From an uncultured Candidatus Puniceispirillum sp. (GTDB taxonomy: Bacteria > Pseudomonadota > Alphaproteobacteria > Puniceispirillales > Puniceispirillaceae), in NCBI GenBank assembly GCA_905182545.1, contig CAJJBY010000003.1, positions 30,892 to 94,891 on the forward strand: a stretch of 64,000 nt of DNA, in the 5' to 3' direction. The notes under the pieces are model-generated. The model made no database searches. It was not told the origin of the DNA and saw only the letters and a program-made list of their open reading frames with translations. The translations under genes and the position numbers were made by a program. Below are positions 21,525-31,145 of the stretch, in pieces (within the stretch, counting starts at the first letter, position 1; every line of letters starts with the position of its first letter).

Positions 21525-22187
21525 TTAGGACATGATCTCCAGCTCAGGCGATGGAAACAAACCGCTGACATCGGCTCCCGACGCAAGCTTTTTCAATATA
21601 TTTTCCTCATAGGCTATGCGTGCCAGCGATGCCGCAAGGACGGCGTCGGCGCGTGCCAATGGCACAACCGTTACGCCATCATCATCGCCAAGAATGATAT
21701 CACCAGGCATAACTACAACACCGCCGCAGCTGATCCGGTCATCAATTGAACCGCCCCAACCTTTATGCGGGCCAGCTGGTGAAAGAGCGCTAAGATAAAC
21801 TGGTAAACCCATTCCGCGCATTTCAGCAGCGTCACGTGCCGCGCCATCAAGAACAACACCATTGATGTTTTGCAATTTGGCGCGGGTGTTCAAAATGCCG
21901 CCCCAGACAGCGCGGTCATCATAATTGGCAGCGTCAATCACCAGCACCTCATTTGGGCGTAGCCGCCCAATGACCTCATGCAGGGCCGCATTATCGCCGG
22001 CAAGAACACTAACGGTGCGTGCCTGTCCGGCCATTGTCATGCCTGGTGACAGTGGCGAAATACGCCCAGCCATTACATTTTGACGGTTCATGACATCACC
22101 AGCAATGGCAGGTGGAATTGTCGCCCATTGGACTAGTTTATCGGCAGAAAGGGGCGTGAAGTCATTAGTAAAGATTTGAACAGGCAT
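21525..22187 (-). CDS. RraA family protein (HMG/CHA aldolase / oxaloacetate decarboxylase-like)
   Basis: 220 aa. The pattern ...VLVIDAANYDDRAVWGGILNTRAKLQNINGVVLDGAARD...ISCGGVVVMPGDIILGDDDGVTVVP is typical of the RraA/MenG fold. Confidence 0.7.
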   Translation of the reverse strand: MPVQIFTNDFTPLSADKLVQWATIPPAIAGDVMNRQNVMAGRISPLSPGMTMAGQARTVSVLAGDNAALHEVIGRLRPNEVLVIDAANYDDRAVWGGILNTRAKLQNINGVVLDGAARDAAEMRGMGLPVYLSALSPAGPHKGWGGSIDDRISCGGVVVMPGDIILGDDDGVTVVPLARADAVLAASLARIAYEENILKKLASGADVSGLFPSPELEIMS

Positions 22188-22191
22188 TTAT

Positions 22192-22566
22192 CTACTCCGT
22201 GGCAAAGCCATTTCCTGGGCGGGTATATTCAGGACGAGGTGGGCTAAAAACATCAAGGATAACGGCGCCATCAGGCCCCCCAATAACGCCATGTTCAATG
22301 CCACCAGGACTGCACCAGAAATCACCTTTTTGAACGTGAATTTCCTCGCCATCTTGAATGCGAATTGCGCTTCCGTCAATCATGACGCCCCATTGTTCTT
22401 GTGGGTGGCTATGGATCGCGCCAACGGCATTTGGGGCGATGCGAACAACTGATAACATTGCCTGATCACCGGGGAAAATACGGGTTGTGATGCCTTCAAC
22501 AAGGGTGCGGGCAATGCCCTGCTCCATGGCATCAATATTGAAAAAATTTGTCTCTTTTTGACTCAT
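22192..22566 (-). CDS. Cupin domain protein
   Basis: 124 aa with the two-His cupin motif GAIHSHPQEQWGVMIDG ... PGGIEHGV. It is 4 nt upstream of the RraA-like gene, so probably co-transcribed. Confidence 0.65.
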   Translation of the reverse strand: MSQKETNFFNIDAMEQGIARTLVEGITTRIFPGDQAMLSVVRIAPNAVGAIHSHPQEQWGVMIDGSAIRIQDGEEIHVQKGDFWCSPGGIEHGVIGGPDGAVILDVFSPPRPEYTRPGNGFATE

Positions 22567-22692
22567 TGTAACCTCAAGGAAAAAAGGGGAATAAATCGTC
22601 CCGATGAACGGGCCGTTGGTGGCTTAGATAATGGTTTAGAACTGCCGTGGTAACAGGATCTAAGATATCCTGAGACTGGCCGAAAGGCGAAA

Positions 22693-22908
22693 TCAAGCAG
22701 ATTCGACCAAAATCAATACCCTTGCGCAGAATTTGTCATCGGTGATGGTGCCAAATGAGGGCATGATGACCTTGGCGCCGAAGGCGGGCAGGATGGCCAT
22801 GTGAGTAATCAGTTTATCTGGCTTGATCCCTTTTATGCGCAAATAATACCTGAGGTGATTGTTAATTGTCTTGGCAAGGGTGACCCGGTCAATGCTAAAA
22901 TCTATCAA
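22693..22908 (-). other. Short ORF of unknown function, possibly a remnant of a larger gene
   Basis: The 71-aa ORF sits in a 400-bp gap between the cupin and GMC genes. The frame is open a little further upstream (SGTYIGIGL...), but there is no recognisable motif. Confidence 0.2.
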
Positions 22909-22967
22909 ACCAATGCCGATGTAAGTGCCAGACTCTTACGCAGTTGCCAATAGATACCACCCGCAAA

Positions 22968-24602
22968 TTAGCATTTATCACTAATGATCATATTGGCGGC
23001 CTTTTCGGCAATCATTATCGTTGGGGCGTTGGTATTGCCTGACACTAATGTTGGCATGATTGACGCATCAACTACCCGCAGCCCGTCAATGCCATAAACG
23101 CAAAGCCGTTTATCAACAACATCGCCTGATTTTGCATCTGGTCCCATACGGCAGGTCGACACTGGATGATATAGCGTCACACCGGTTTCGCGAGCATAGG
23201 CAAGAAGCGCATCATCACTATCAAGATCTCTCCCTGGCCGCATTTCAGATTCGACAAGTGGCGCCATGTGATCGCTTTGCATGATCGCGCGGGCGATTTT
23301 CATACCTGCAACATGAGCGCGGCAATCTTCTTCGCAGCTAAGGTAATTCTGCTGAATTTCAGGTGCCATCATCGGGTCGGATGATTTGATATGAACTGAC
23401 CCACGGCTTTCGGGACGAAGCTGGCAAGGGCCAAAGGTCATGCCTGGGAATTTATCAAAAACGCGTTTGGCAGGATTGGCAAAGCTGGCATGGGCAATGT
23501 GATATTGAATATCTGGCCCCGCCAAACCGTCGCGTGACCGAACAAAGCCGCTAAGCACGCCGGCAGGAAGGCTAAGAAGGCCACGCCGCGTCAATCCATA
23601 ACGCAGAATCTCGGCGGCAAGCCCAAGGCCATGGGCACGATTATTCAAAGAAATACTGCGCCTTAACCGCCATGATAGGCGTGAAATATAATGGTCGGTC
23701 AGATGGCTGCCAACGCCAGATAATTCATGCTGAATCTCGATTCCGTGATGGCGAAGATGGTCAGGCCTACCAATACCCGATAGTTCGAGGATTTGTGGCG
23801 ATTGAATGGCACCTGCCGATAAAATCACTTCGCGTCCGGCTTTGATGTGATGTGGTTTGCCATGCTGGCTGTAATGAACCCCGTTGGCACGTTTGCCGGC
23901 AAGGCTGATTTTGGTGACATGCGCATGGGTAATGATGCGCAGGTTTGGCCGTTTTCTGGCTGGTTGCAGATAGGCTTTTTTGGTGGAAAAGCGAAGCCCG
24001 TTTTTCTGCGTAACCTGGTAATAGCCAAAGCCATCCTGACTGACGCCATTATAGTCATGATTGCGCTGATACCCGAGCGTTTCAGCAGCATCAATCACCA
24101 TATCCAACGCTTCATAACGCGTGCGAACCGGTGCCACATTCAATGGCCCGCCAACGCCTCGAAGGGCGCTGTCAAAACCTTCATCACCTTTGCTAAGCTG
24201 TTCGCAATTTTCGGCTTTGCGGAAATAGGGCAAAACATCATCATAAGACCAGCCAAGATTGCCGCGCTGCGCCCAGCCATCATAATCAGCAGCCTGGCCA
24301 CGAACGTATAGCATCGCGTTAATCGCCGATGATCCACCAAGAACCTTGCCGCGTGGAATGGCGATGCGCCGATTGCCGCTGCTGTCTTCGGGTTCGGTTT
24401 CAAACATCCAATTCATTGCTGGATTGACCATTGTTTTAATATAGCCAGCTGGAATATGGATCAGCGGGTTAAGATCTTCGCCGCCCGCCTCAAGAAGAAC
24501 AACATGACAATCAGGATCAGCGCTCAGGCGCGCTGCCAGCACACAGCCTGCCGACCCGCCGCCAATTATGATATAATCAGGATAATTTTGATCAGATGAC
24601 AT
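22968..24602 (-). CDS. GMC family FAD-dependent oxidoreductase (choline/alcohol dehydrogenase-like)
   Basis: 544 aa with an N-terminal [18 protein letters not shown] and the C-terminal active-site region [10 protein letters not shown]...[25 protein letters not shown]. Confidence 0.85.
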   Translation of the reverse strand: MSSDQNYPDYIIIGGGSAGCVLAARLSADPDCHVVLLEAGGEDLNPLIHIPAGYIKTMVNPAMNWMFETEPEDSSGNRRIAIPRGKVLGGSSAINAMLYVRGQAADYDGWAQRGNLGWSYDDVLPYFRKAENCEQLSKGDEGFDSALRGVGGPLNVAPVRTRYEALDMVIDAAETLGYQRNHDYNGVSQDGFGYYQVTQKNGLRFSTKKAYLQPARKRPNLRIITHAHVTKISLAGKRANGVHYSQHGKPHHIKAGREVILSAGAIQSPQILELSGIGRPDHLRHHGIEIQHELSGVGSHLTDHYISRLSWRLRRSISLNNRAHGLGLAAEILRYGLTRRGLLSLPAGVLSGFVRSRDGLAGPDIQYHIAHASFANPAKRVFDKFPGMTFGPCQLRPESRGSVHIKSSDPMMAPEIQQNYLSCEEDCRAHVAGMKIARAIMQSDHMAPLVESEMRPGRDLDSDDALLAYARETGVTLYHPVSTCRMGPDAKSGDVVDKRLCVYGIDGLRVVDASIMPTLVSGNTNAPTIMIAEKAANMIISDKC

Positions 24603-24614
24603 GACTCAGCCCCT

Positions 24615-25391
24615 TTAAATAAGACTTGTTATGCCTCGTATCATAAGCGTGAAACCAGCGCAGGCCAGCGCAAAATGCACGATATGACGAAAGGTTGTTT
24701 CACTGATACGCCGCCGCGCCAAATGACCGGCCTGTTGTCCGGCCACTGCGGGGATCAACATCACTGCCGATAACAAAAGATTGTCACCAACCGGAAATCC
24801 AGCATGTGAAATGCCAAGCCACAAGGCAACAAATCCAAGCGATAAAAACACCCCAAGAAGCATAGCAAGATCATCTTTTTTGATCCGCATCATCATGAAT
24901 AATTGAAGGCTTGGAAAAGAATATATTGTTGTCAGACTGCCAAGAATGCCCGATGCAACACCCGCTGGAATGATCAGGCGGTTCATGGTTTTGGGCTCAA
25001 GCGACCAGTCTTGGAATTGGCGGAGCGGAAAGCTGGATAAAATGGCATGAAGCGCGATCATCAACCCAATCAAAATACCAAGAAGACGGCTATCAATCGT
25101 CATCATCAATGGCGCACCAACAAGCATAATTAGGGTTGATGTGGTGACCAAGGGCCAGAATTGTTTCAAAATTTGCCACCGCTTCCGGTTCAGCCAGATC
25201 TGTTGGATGTTCACAATGGTGATCGGCAAGGCAAGAATGGCCACAATTTCGGGAAGCGGCAGCACAAACAGCATGATTGGCGTCGCAATTAACGGCAAGC
25301 CAAACCCTAATGCACCTTTGACAAAACAGCCAAGAAGCACAGCCAGTAAAACTGCAAGAACCTCAGCGGATAAAAGACTATCGATGATCAT
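24615..25391 (-). CDS. TSUP (TauE/SafE, DUF81) family anion permease
   Basis: Polytopic membrane protein with the internal two-halves pattern of DUF81. The Met at 25391 (MIIDSLL...) is the probable start; the ORF track extends to 25448. It is 12 nt upstream of the GMC gene on the same strand. Confidence 0.7.
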   Translation of the reverse strand: MIIDSLLSAEVLAVLLAVLLGCFVKGALGFGLPLIATPIMLFVLPLPEIVAILALPITIVNIQQIWLNRKRWQILKQFWPLVTTSTLIMLVGAPLMMTIDSRLLGILIGLMIALHAILSSFPLRQFQDWSLEPKTMNRLIIPAGVASGILGSLTTIYSFPSLQLFMMMRIKKDDLAMLLGVFLSLGFVALWLGISHAGFPVGDNLLLSAVMLIPAVAGQQAGHLARRRISETTFRHIVHFALACAGFTLMIRGITSLI

Positions 25392-25839
25392 TGCTGCCCA
25401 TTTGTTTTGTGGCCGCCATCTTGAAGCCACGCAAAATAGGGGCGCCATGTTTGTCTTTGCGACCGGAACAGGCCTGACTTGGTAGTAATAACCATAGTAT
25501 GACTTTCCTGGTATGATTGCAAAATAGACAGAGAATAAATTGGCGGATAGATGGCGCAGTTTTAAAGAGATTTAAGACAGGTTTTCGGGTTGCGTTGGCA
25601 ATTGATTTGCAAAATTTACAAAGCAAAACCTAGCATGAAAAGGATTGCCGGCTTATAAAAAATATGCGCAGCGTTAAACACCCTCAATTAAATGAGGCAA
25701 AAGACGGGTTATTGCCATCTTCGGATGGTAAAAAATGGCTGGGACTGCGCCGCTTTATGGGGAATATTCATGTGCAGATTATGCGCAAATTGTAAAAGTT
25801 GTTGATGATCAAAGATCGTTATTTCCGGATTAAATTGTG

Positions 25840-26595
25840 ATGAGCGCTGACGTGATCATGCTGATCATCGCCGGTGCGTTTGCTGGTGGTTTTGCCAATG
25901 GCCTTGCCGGATTTGGCACGGGGCTATTTGCGCTTGGCTGGTGGTTGGCGGCAATGCCGCCACTTGATGCGGTGATTACGGTTGTGATCATGTCGCTTGT
26001 TGGCGGCGTGCAGGGGCTTTATGCGGTTCGCAACGCCATTGATTTTGGCGAGCAGTTGCGGTTTTTGGCACCAGCTTCGATCGGCATTATGCTTGGTTAT
26101 CTGTTTTTAGATGCAGTTAATGTCACAATGCTAAAGCTGTTGGTGGCCAGTTTACTGATCCTGTTTGGCGGCTTTTTCACCTTTCGAAAGACACTGCCAA
26201 AACTGGCCAAACGGTATCTTGCTGCTGATGTTTTTGTCGGGTTTGTTGGCGGGCTGTTTGGCATGATGGCGGGAATGTCAGGTGCAATCTTGACGATGGG
26301 TTGTTCGCTTTATGATTGGAGCAAGGCGCGGCGCCGTGCCTTGGTTCAGCCATTTAATATGATTGTTCTTGGCGCTGTTCTTGCCCTAATGATTTGGCGC
26401 GGGGTTATTGATTCGCGCATATGGCTTATTGTTGCGGTGGCTTTTCCCTTTTCGGTGCTTGGTACGCAAACGGGTATTTTTGTTTTCCGCCGGTTGAATG
26501 ATCGACAGTTTCAGCGATTATTGGTATGGTTGATTTTTGTTTCAGGCCTTGCACTTATGGGGCGCGAACTCATTGCCAATATGTCTTCTGCATAG
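25840..26595 (+). CDS. TSUP (TauE/SafE, DUF81) family anion permease, second divergent copy
   Basis: About 251 aa and polytopic, with GFANGLAGFGTGL and GMMAGMSGAILT glycine-rich repeats typical of DUF81. ATG at 25840; the ORF track's GTG is at 25837. Confidence 0.7.
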   Translation: MSADVIMLIIAGAFAGGFANGLAGFGTGLFALGWWLAAMPPLDAVITVVIMSLVGGVQGLYAVRNAIDFGEQLRFLAPASIGIMLGYLFLDAVNVTMLKLLVASLLILFGGFFTFRKTLPKLAKRYLAADVFVGFVGGLFGMMAGMSGAILTMGCSLYDWSKARRRALVQPFNMIVLGAVLALMIWRGVIDSRIWLIVAVAFPFSVLGTQTGIFVFRRLNDRQFQRLLVWLIFVSGLALMGRELIANMSSA

Positions 26596-26666
26596 GGAAT
26601 TGTTGGCATTTTCTATAATTTTCCACAGGCATGATCATGCCGCAAATCTGATAAAAATGTAAAGGG

Positions 26667-29009
26667 ATGGTTATGAACGAAGTGCCAATGGGAAGCCGTG
26701 ATGATGTTTTAGCTGGTGGCGGCACTGGCGGGACGACAAGTTCGCCAATGGCCTTTCCGATTCCGGCCGAGGAGCTTGGCACTGTCTCAATTGTGCCCAA
26801 TGGTTCCTTTGAGGCTGGCAGCTATCAAACTTTTGTTCTGACCTATGAAGCTGGCAAATTTGGCATTGATGATTCTGGATCAATGCGGGTTTGTTTTCGG
26901 TTTGCCAGTGATCAAACCCGCCCGCAATTCGAAGATCCAAAAGGGCCAAACTACACCACGATCGAGGCATCAAATAACGCGGTTTTGACCTATCATTACG
27001 ATCCAAAAGGCAATGTGCGGCCGTGGGACAGAACGCTTTATATCAAGGTTGTTCGCGGCTTTCTGCGCGAGGGTGACAAAATCACCATCACCTTTGGCGA
27101 CCGGTCAGGCGGTTCACCCGGTATGCGGTTGCAAACATTTTGTGAAGATAGTTATGAATTTCATACGCTGATCGACCCAATTGCAACCTATTGTTATCAG
27201 CCGATGCCGTTACAGCCGGTGATCAAAATCATTCCTGGCAAGCCCGACCGATATTTGGTGGTAGCACCGACAATTCGCGCGATTGACGAAAGCTTTTCGG
27301 TTAAATTCAAAGGCGAGGATAAATGGGGCAATCCATCCGATCAATGCGATGTCCAGCTTTATCCGCGCGCCAGCTATCCAGTAAAGAATCTGCCCAATAT
27401 GATCAGCCTGAAACCGGGTGAATTTTTTGGTGTGATTGATGGGCTGTCGGTTGCCGATGCTGCGGATTTGCATATTGATTTTCTGGATGATGCTGGTGCG
27501 GTGATGTGCCGGACAAACCCGATCAGAATCGAGCCTGCACCACTATCACGCCATTTCTGGGGTGACCTTCACGGCCAGTCAGAAGAAACCATTGGCACTG
27601 GCAGCGCCGAGGCCTATTTTGCCTTTGCCCGCGATTACGCATTTGTTGATGCGACGGGCCATCAAGGCAATGATTTTCAAATCACCGGTGATTTTTGGTC
27701 ACAGCTTGACCAGCTTTGCCAGCAATTCAACGAAGATGGAAAATTTGTTGCCATTCCGGGCTATGAATGGTCAGGCAATACTGGGCTTGGCGGTGATCGG
27801 AATATCTATTTCCCAGATGAAGGGCGAACCATCCGGCGGTCATCGCATGCGCTGGTAAGCGACCACTCGGATATCGACACTGATTGCAATTCGGCCGAAG
27901 AATTATTCGCCGCCTTTGCCGAACATGGCGAAGATGATGTGGTTGTCTTTGCGCATTGCGGTGGACGCTATGCCGATATCGAGCTGGCACATGATGGCCG
28001 GTTTGAAAAAGCCATGGAAATTCATTCAAGCTGGGGCAGTTTTGAATGGCTTGTGCAAGATGCTTTCCGGCTTGGCTATCGCGTTGGGATTGTTGCCAAT
28101 TCAGATGGGCATAAGGGACGCCCTGGCGCCAGCTATCCGGGCGCGGCGCTGTTTGGCGCGGTTGGCGGGCTGACTTGTTTTTTGATTGATAGCCTAAGCC
28201 GTGAAACGATTTTAGAGGCAATCCGCAAACGTCATCATTACGCCACTACCGGCGGAAAAAATGGCCGTCCACTCATCACGCTTGATGCTGACTTTCTGCA
28301 AGGCGGCACAAAGTTTCATGATGATCCGCGGCATGGCCACGACAAAGGCATGCCGGCCAATCACGCGATCATGGGTGATATCGTTCACCTGCCATCAGGC
28401 GATGTATCGATCAAGGTTGATATCCGCGCCAGTGTGGCCATTGAACGGGTTGATATTTTCAATGGATTAAACCTGATTGAAACGATCCGCCCTTATACAA
28501 AAGAAGATCTTGGCAGCCGTATCCGTGTGGTTTGGGAAGGCGCTGAATATCGAGGTCGTTTCCGGCAGGTGATTTGGGATGGTTCGGCCTTTCTGTCTGA
28601 AAATGAAATCATATCGGCAAGCCCAATTAATTTTTTCAATAAGGATAAAACGCTGAACCAGCCTTCACCGGTTGAATTGAACTGGCGCGCTTTGACCACC
28701 GGCAATATTGGCGGTTTCGACATGGTTCTTGCCGACCCTTATAGCGGTACATTGAAAATTGAAACGCCATTAATCAAGGCTGGTGTGCCTTTGGAAGATA
28801 TCGGATTTGAGGATGAAGTTTTTGATAATAGCGGGGTTTTGCCGCGCTATCTAAAGCTGTTCCGACTGCCGACAATCAACCCGCATCAATCGATGCAGTT
28901 TGAACGCAGCATTTTATTACAGCCACAAGGTGATAATCCGATCTTTGTTCGGGTGACGCTGGAAGATGGCACATTATGCTGGACAAGCCCGATCTATCTT
29001 TACCGCTAG
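26667..29009 (+). CDS. Large conserved hypothetical protein with a C-terminal PHP/DUF3604-like metal-hydrolase signature
   Basis: 780-aa ORF, 71 nt after the TSUP gene. The N-terminal third has no motif I recognise. The C-terminal part has FWGDLHGQS, GYEWSGNTGLGGDRNIYF, VVFAHCGGRY, EIHSSWGSFEW, GIVANSDGHKGRPG and RHHYATTG, which resemble the PHP-type His/Asp motif series. The start may be ATG at 26673. Confidence 0.5.
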   Translation: MVMNEVPMGSRDDVLAGGGTGGTTSSPMAFPIPAEELGTVSIVPNGSFEAGSYQTFVLTYEAGKFGIDDSGSMRVCFRFASDQTRPQFEDPKGPNYTTIEASNNAVLTYHYDPKGNVRPWDRTLYIKVVRGFLREGDKITITFGDRSGGSPGMRLQTFCEDSYEFHTLIDPIATYCYQPMPLQPVIKIIPGKPDRYLVVAPTIRAIDESFSVKFKGEDKWGNPSDQCDVQLYPRASYPVKNLPNMISLKPGEFFGVIDGLSVADAADLHIDFLDDAGAVMCRTNPIRIEPAPLSRHFWGDLHGQSEETIGTGSAEAYFAFARDYAFVDATGHQGNDFQITGDFWSQLDQLCQQFNEDGKFVAIPGYEWSGNTGLGGDRNIYFPDEGRTIRRSSHALVSDHSDIDTDCNSAEELFAAFAEHGEDDVVVFAHCGGRYADIELAHDGRFEKAMEIHSSWGSFEWLVQDAFRLGYRVGIVANSDGHKGRPGASYPGAALFGAVGGLTCFLIDSLSRETILEAIRKRHHYATTGGKNGRPLITLDADFLQGGTKFHDDPRHGHDKGMPANHAIMGDIVHLPSGDVSIKVDIRASVAIERVDIFNGLNLIETIRPYTKEDLGSRIRVVWEGAEYRGRFRQVIWDGSAFLSENEIISASPINFFNKDKTLNQPSPVELNWRALTTGNIGGFDMVLADPYSGTLKIETPLIKAGVPLEDIGFEDEVFDNSGVLPRYLKLFRLPTINPHQSMQFERSILLQPQGDNPIFVRVTLEDGTLCWTSPIYLYR

Positions 29010-29048
29010 CCAGACCAGCCATAAATAAATGCAAATCGCAGCCTTGGA

Positions 29049-29927
29049 TTAAGATCCATAGGTGCATTTGCGCAAATATTCGGTCGATTCGGTCCGGGTA
29101 CTAAATTGGGTAAGGGTGCTGGCATGGATAGGCTGGCGCATTTGCAGAGAAATTGTATGACCCATCTTTTTGCAGATTTCGCGGAACATTAAGGAATAGC
29201 CAAGCGTTACGCTGATCCGGCGTGCCATTTGATATAACAGCGAATTCCGCCCATCAAAATAAAATGGGATGGTTGTTGTGTCGGGAACTTGCGCCAGCTT
29301 GGCAGCAAAGGTTTTCCATTCGGTGTCAATGGCATTGCCAACAAGGTTAGGCGCCAGCGAAATTGCGCCAGCCGGAAAAACGATCACCGCACCACCGTTT
29401 TTCAAATGTTTTGCCGCATCGGCTCTTGTTTTTAAATTATTGGCCAATGCAGCGTCGGTTTCGTCAAAATCAACAGGGAGAATTTTATCCATAATGGCGG
29501 GGGCCTGACGAAGAACGCGATGTGTGATGATTTTGTAATCTTGGCGAACTTCGGCCATTAATGCGCAAAGCACCAGACCGTCAATCACACCATAAGGATG
29601 GTTTGCAATGGCAAGCACCCGCCCAGTGGCCGGAATTGAGGCGGCAATGCCATCCTGATACTTTCGCGTTAGATCAATTGAAATATCGAGCCGCCCAAGC
29701 GCATCTGACCAGAAATTCTGCGGCGGCAAATCATCATCTACATAGTCAAAATAGATTTTACGGATGCGAGGCTGACCGGTGATTTTTTCGATCGATCTGA
29801 TGAAATGGTTTGAAACCATACCCAATTCCCCATTTGCAAAGGAAAATATTGGGTGCGAATCTGTCGATTGAAACGCGTCGGGTCGCATGCGCGGCGAAAT
29901 CCCTGTAAACCTTACCAATGTGACCAA
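29049..29927 (-). CDS. Lysophospholipid acyltransferase family protein (PlsC/OlsA-like)
   Basis: HX4D acyltransferase motif ANHPYGVIDG and a later VIVFPAGAIS block. The true start may be the internal Met at about 29888. Confidence 0.6.
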   Translation of the reverse strand: MVTLVRFTGISPRMRPDAFQSTDSHPIFSFANGELGMVSNHFIRSIEKITGQPRIRKIYFDYVDDDLPPQNFWSDALGRLDISIDLTRKYQDGIAASIPATGRVLAIANHPYGVIDGLVLCALMAEVRQDYKIITHRVLRQAPAIMDKILPVDFDETDAALANNLKTRADAAKHLKNGGAVIVFPAGAISLAPNLVGNAIDTEWKTFAAKLAQVPDTTTIPFYFDGRNSLLYQMARRISVTLGYSLMFREICKKMGHTISLQMRQPIHASTLTQFSTRTESTEYLRKCTYGS

Positions 29928-30160
29928 AAGATAGCAGTTTTAGGGTGCGATGCCAGCAGCAATTTCGCGTTTCATCAGCAAAAATCAAAATTAATAGAAA
30001 TAAGACCTGCCAGAGCGCAGACATTTTCTGAAATAGCTATGCCCATCTAATTTAGTTATGGCCTATCCAAATTCGTTTTGCCGGCTTTATTGGCAATGGG
30101 CAGAAGCGGCAAATTCCATAATCGCTGCTGGCAAACTCTAATAATCTGCCCTGGTACAGA

Positions 30161-31110
30161 TTATGGCATCAGCTCGCGAATTGGGGTGCCAGCGATCATC
30201 GCCTCGACAGCGTCTAACGTCTCGCCATAGAAAATATCCATCGTTTCACGGGTGACATAGCCGATATGCGGTGTCATCAAAAGATTTGGTGTGTTGCGAA
30301 GCGAGTTGGCAGCCGGAACAGGCTCATGATCATAAACATCAATCGCAGCACCAGCAATTTGTCCGATTGCAAGCGCATTGGTAAGAGCTGCCATATCAAT
30401 GATGGGCGCGCGCGATGTGTTCACCAGATAAGCATCTGGTTTCATCATCGCCAGTTCTTCTGCGCCAACAAGATGGCGAACGCGGGCTCGAGAGCTTCAG
30501 ATGAATTGAGATAAAATCGGAACTGCGGAAAAGCGTCTCGCGGTCAACGTACAGACACCCCAACCTCGTCGCATCTTTCTTTTGTCAGATTCTGCGACCA
30601 GGCCTGAATTTCCATGCCAAAGGCCTTGGCATAGCCAGCCAATTGCGCGCCAAGCCTGCCAAGTCCCAGAATGCCAAGTCGCGCACCACGAAGATCACGG
30701 CCAAGATGCGTTTGCCACTTGCCGCCACGCATCGCTGTTGCGCTGGCAAAAATTTGCCGCGCCTGCATTGCGATCAAGGTGAAAGCAAGTTCGGATGTGG
30801 CATGACCCGGAGAACCGGTGCCGCTAACCATCAACCCACGCGATTTGGCAGCGTCGATATCAAGCGCGGCGTTCCGCATACCGCTTGTCACAATGCCTTT
30901 CAGATTTGGTAACTGATCCATCAGCGCAGCATCAACTGGTGTGCGCTCGCGCATCATGCAGATGATGTCGTGGGGCTGCAACCTCTCGACAAGGGCGGTG
31001 CCGGCAATGGTGTCATGGAACACATCAATGGTCACATCAGGCCCAAGCCGGTTCCAGTCACAACTGTCCAAGGCGCAATCGAGCCAATCATCCAAAATTG
31101 CTATTCTCAT
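30161..31110 (-). pseudogene. D-isomer-specific 2-hydroxyacid dehydrogenase, two +1 frameshifts as sequenced
   Basis: - The N-terminal ORF (to 30544) carries GILGLGRLGAQLA.
- The C-terminal ORF (30161..30448) carries LVNTSRAPIID...AAIDVYDHEP...TPHIGYVT.
- The connecting segment YVDRETLFRSSDFISIHLKLSS is readable only in the third frame.
- The shifts are at about 30552 and at the GGG/CCC run 30484-30486. Confidence 0.85.
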
Positions 31111-31145
31111 GGTTTTGATCCTTGTCGTCTTTCGGTTTGAAATGG

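Noticed and set aside
22693-22908. Short ORF as a transposase or IS remnant
   Set aside because: It has no DDE, helix-turn-helix or other transposase motif and no flanking inverted repeats. It is kept only as an unidentified possible remnant.
25735-25836. 33-codon ORF (MAGTAPLYGEYSCADYAQIVKVVDDQRSLFPD) just upstream of the second TSUP gene
   Set aside because: It has no Shine-Dalgarno sequence, no recognisable motif, and is too short to evaluate. It is probably fortuitous within the divergent promoter region.
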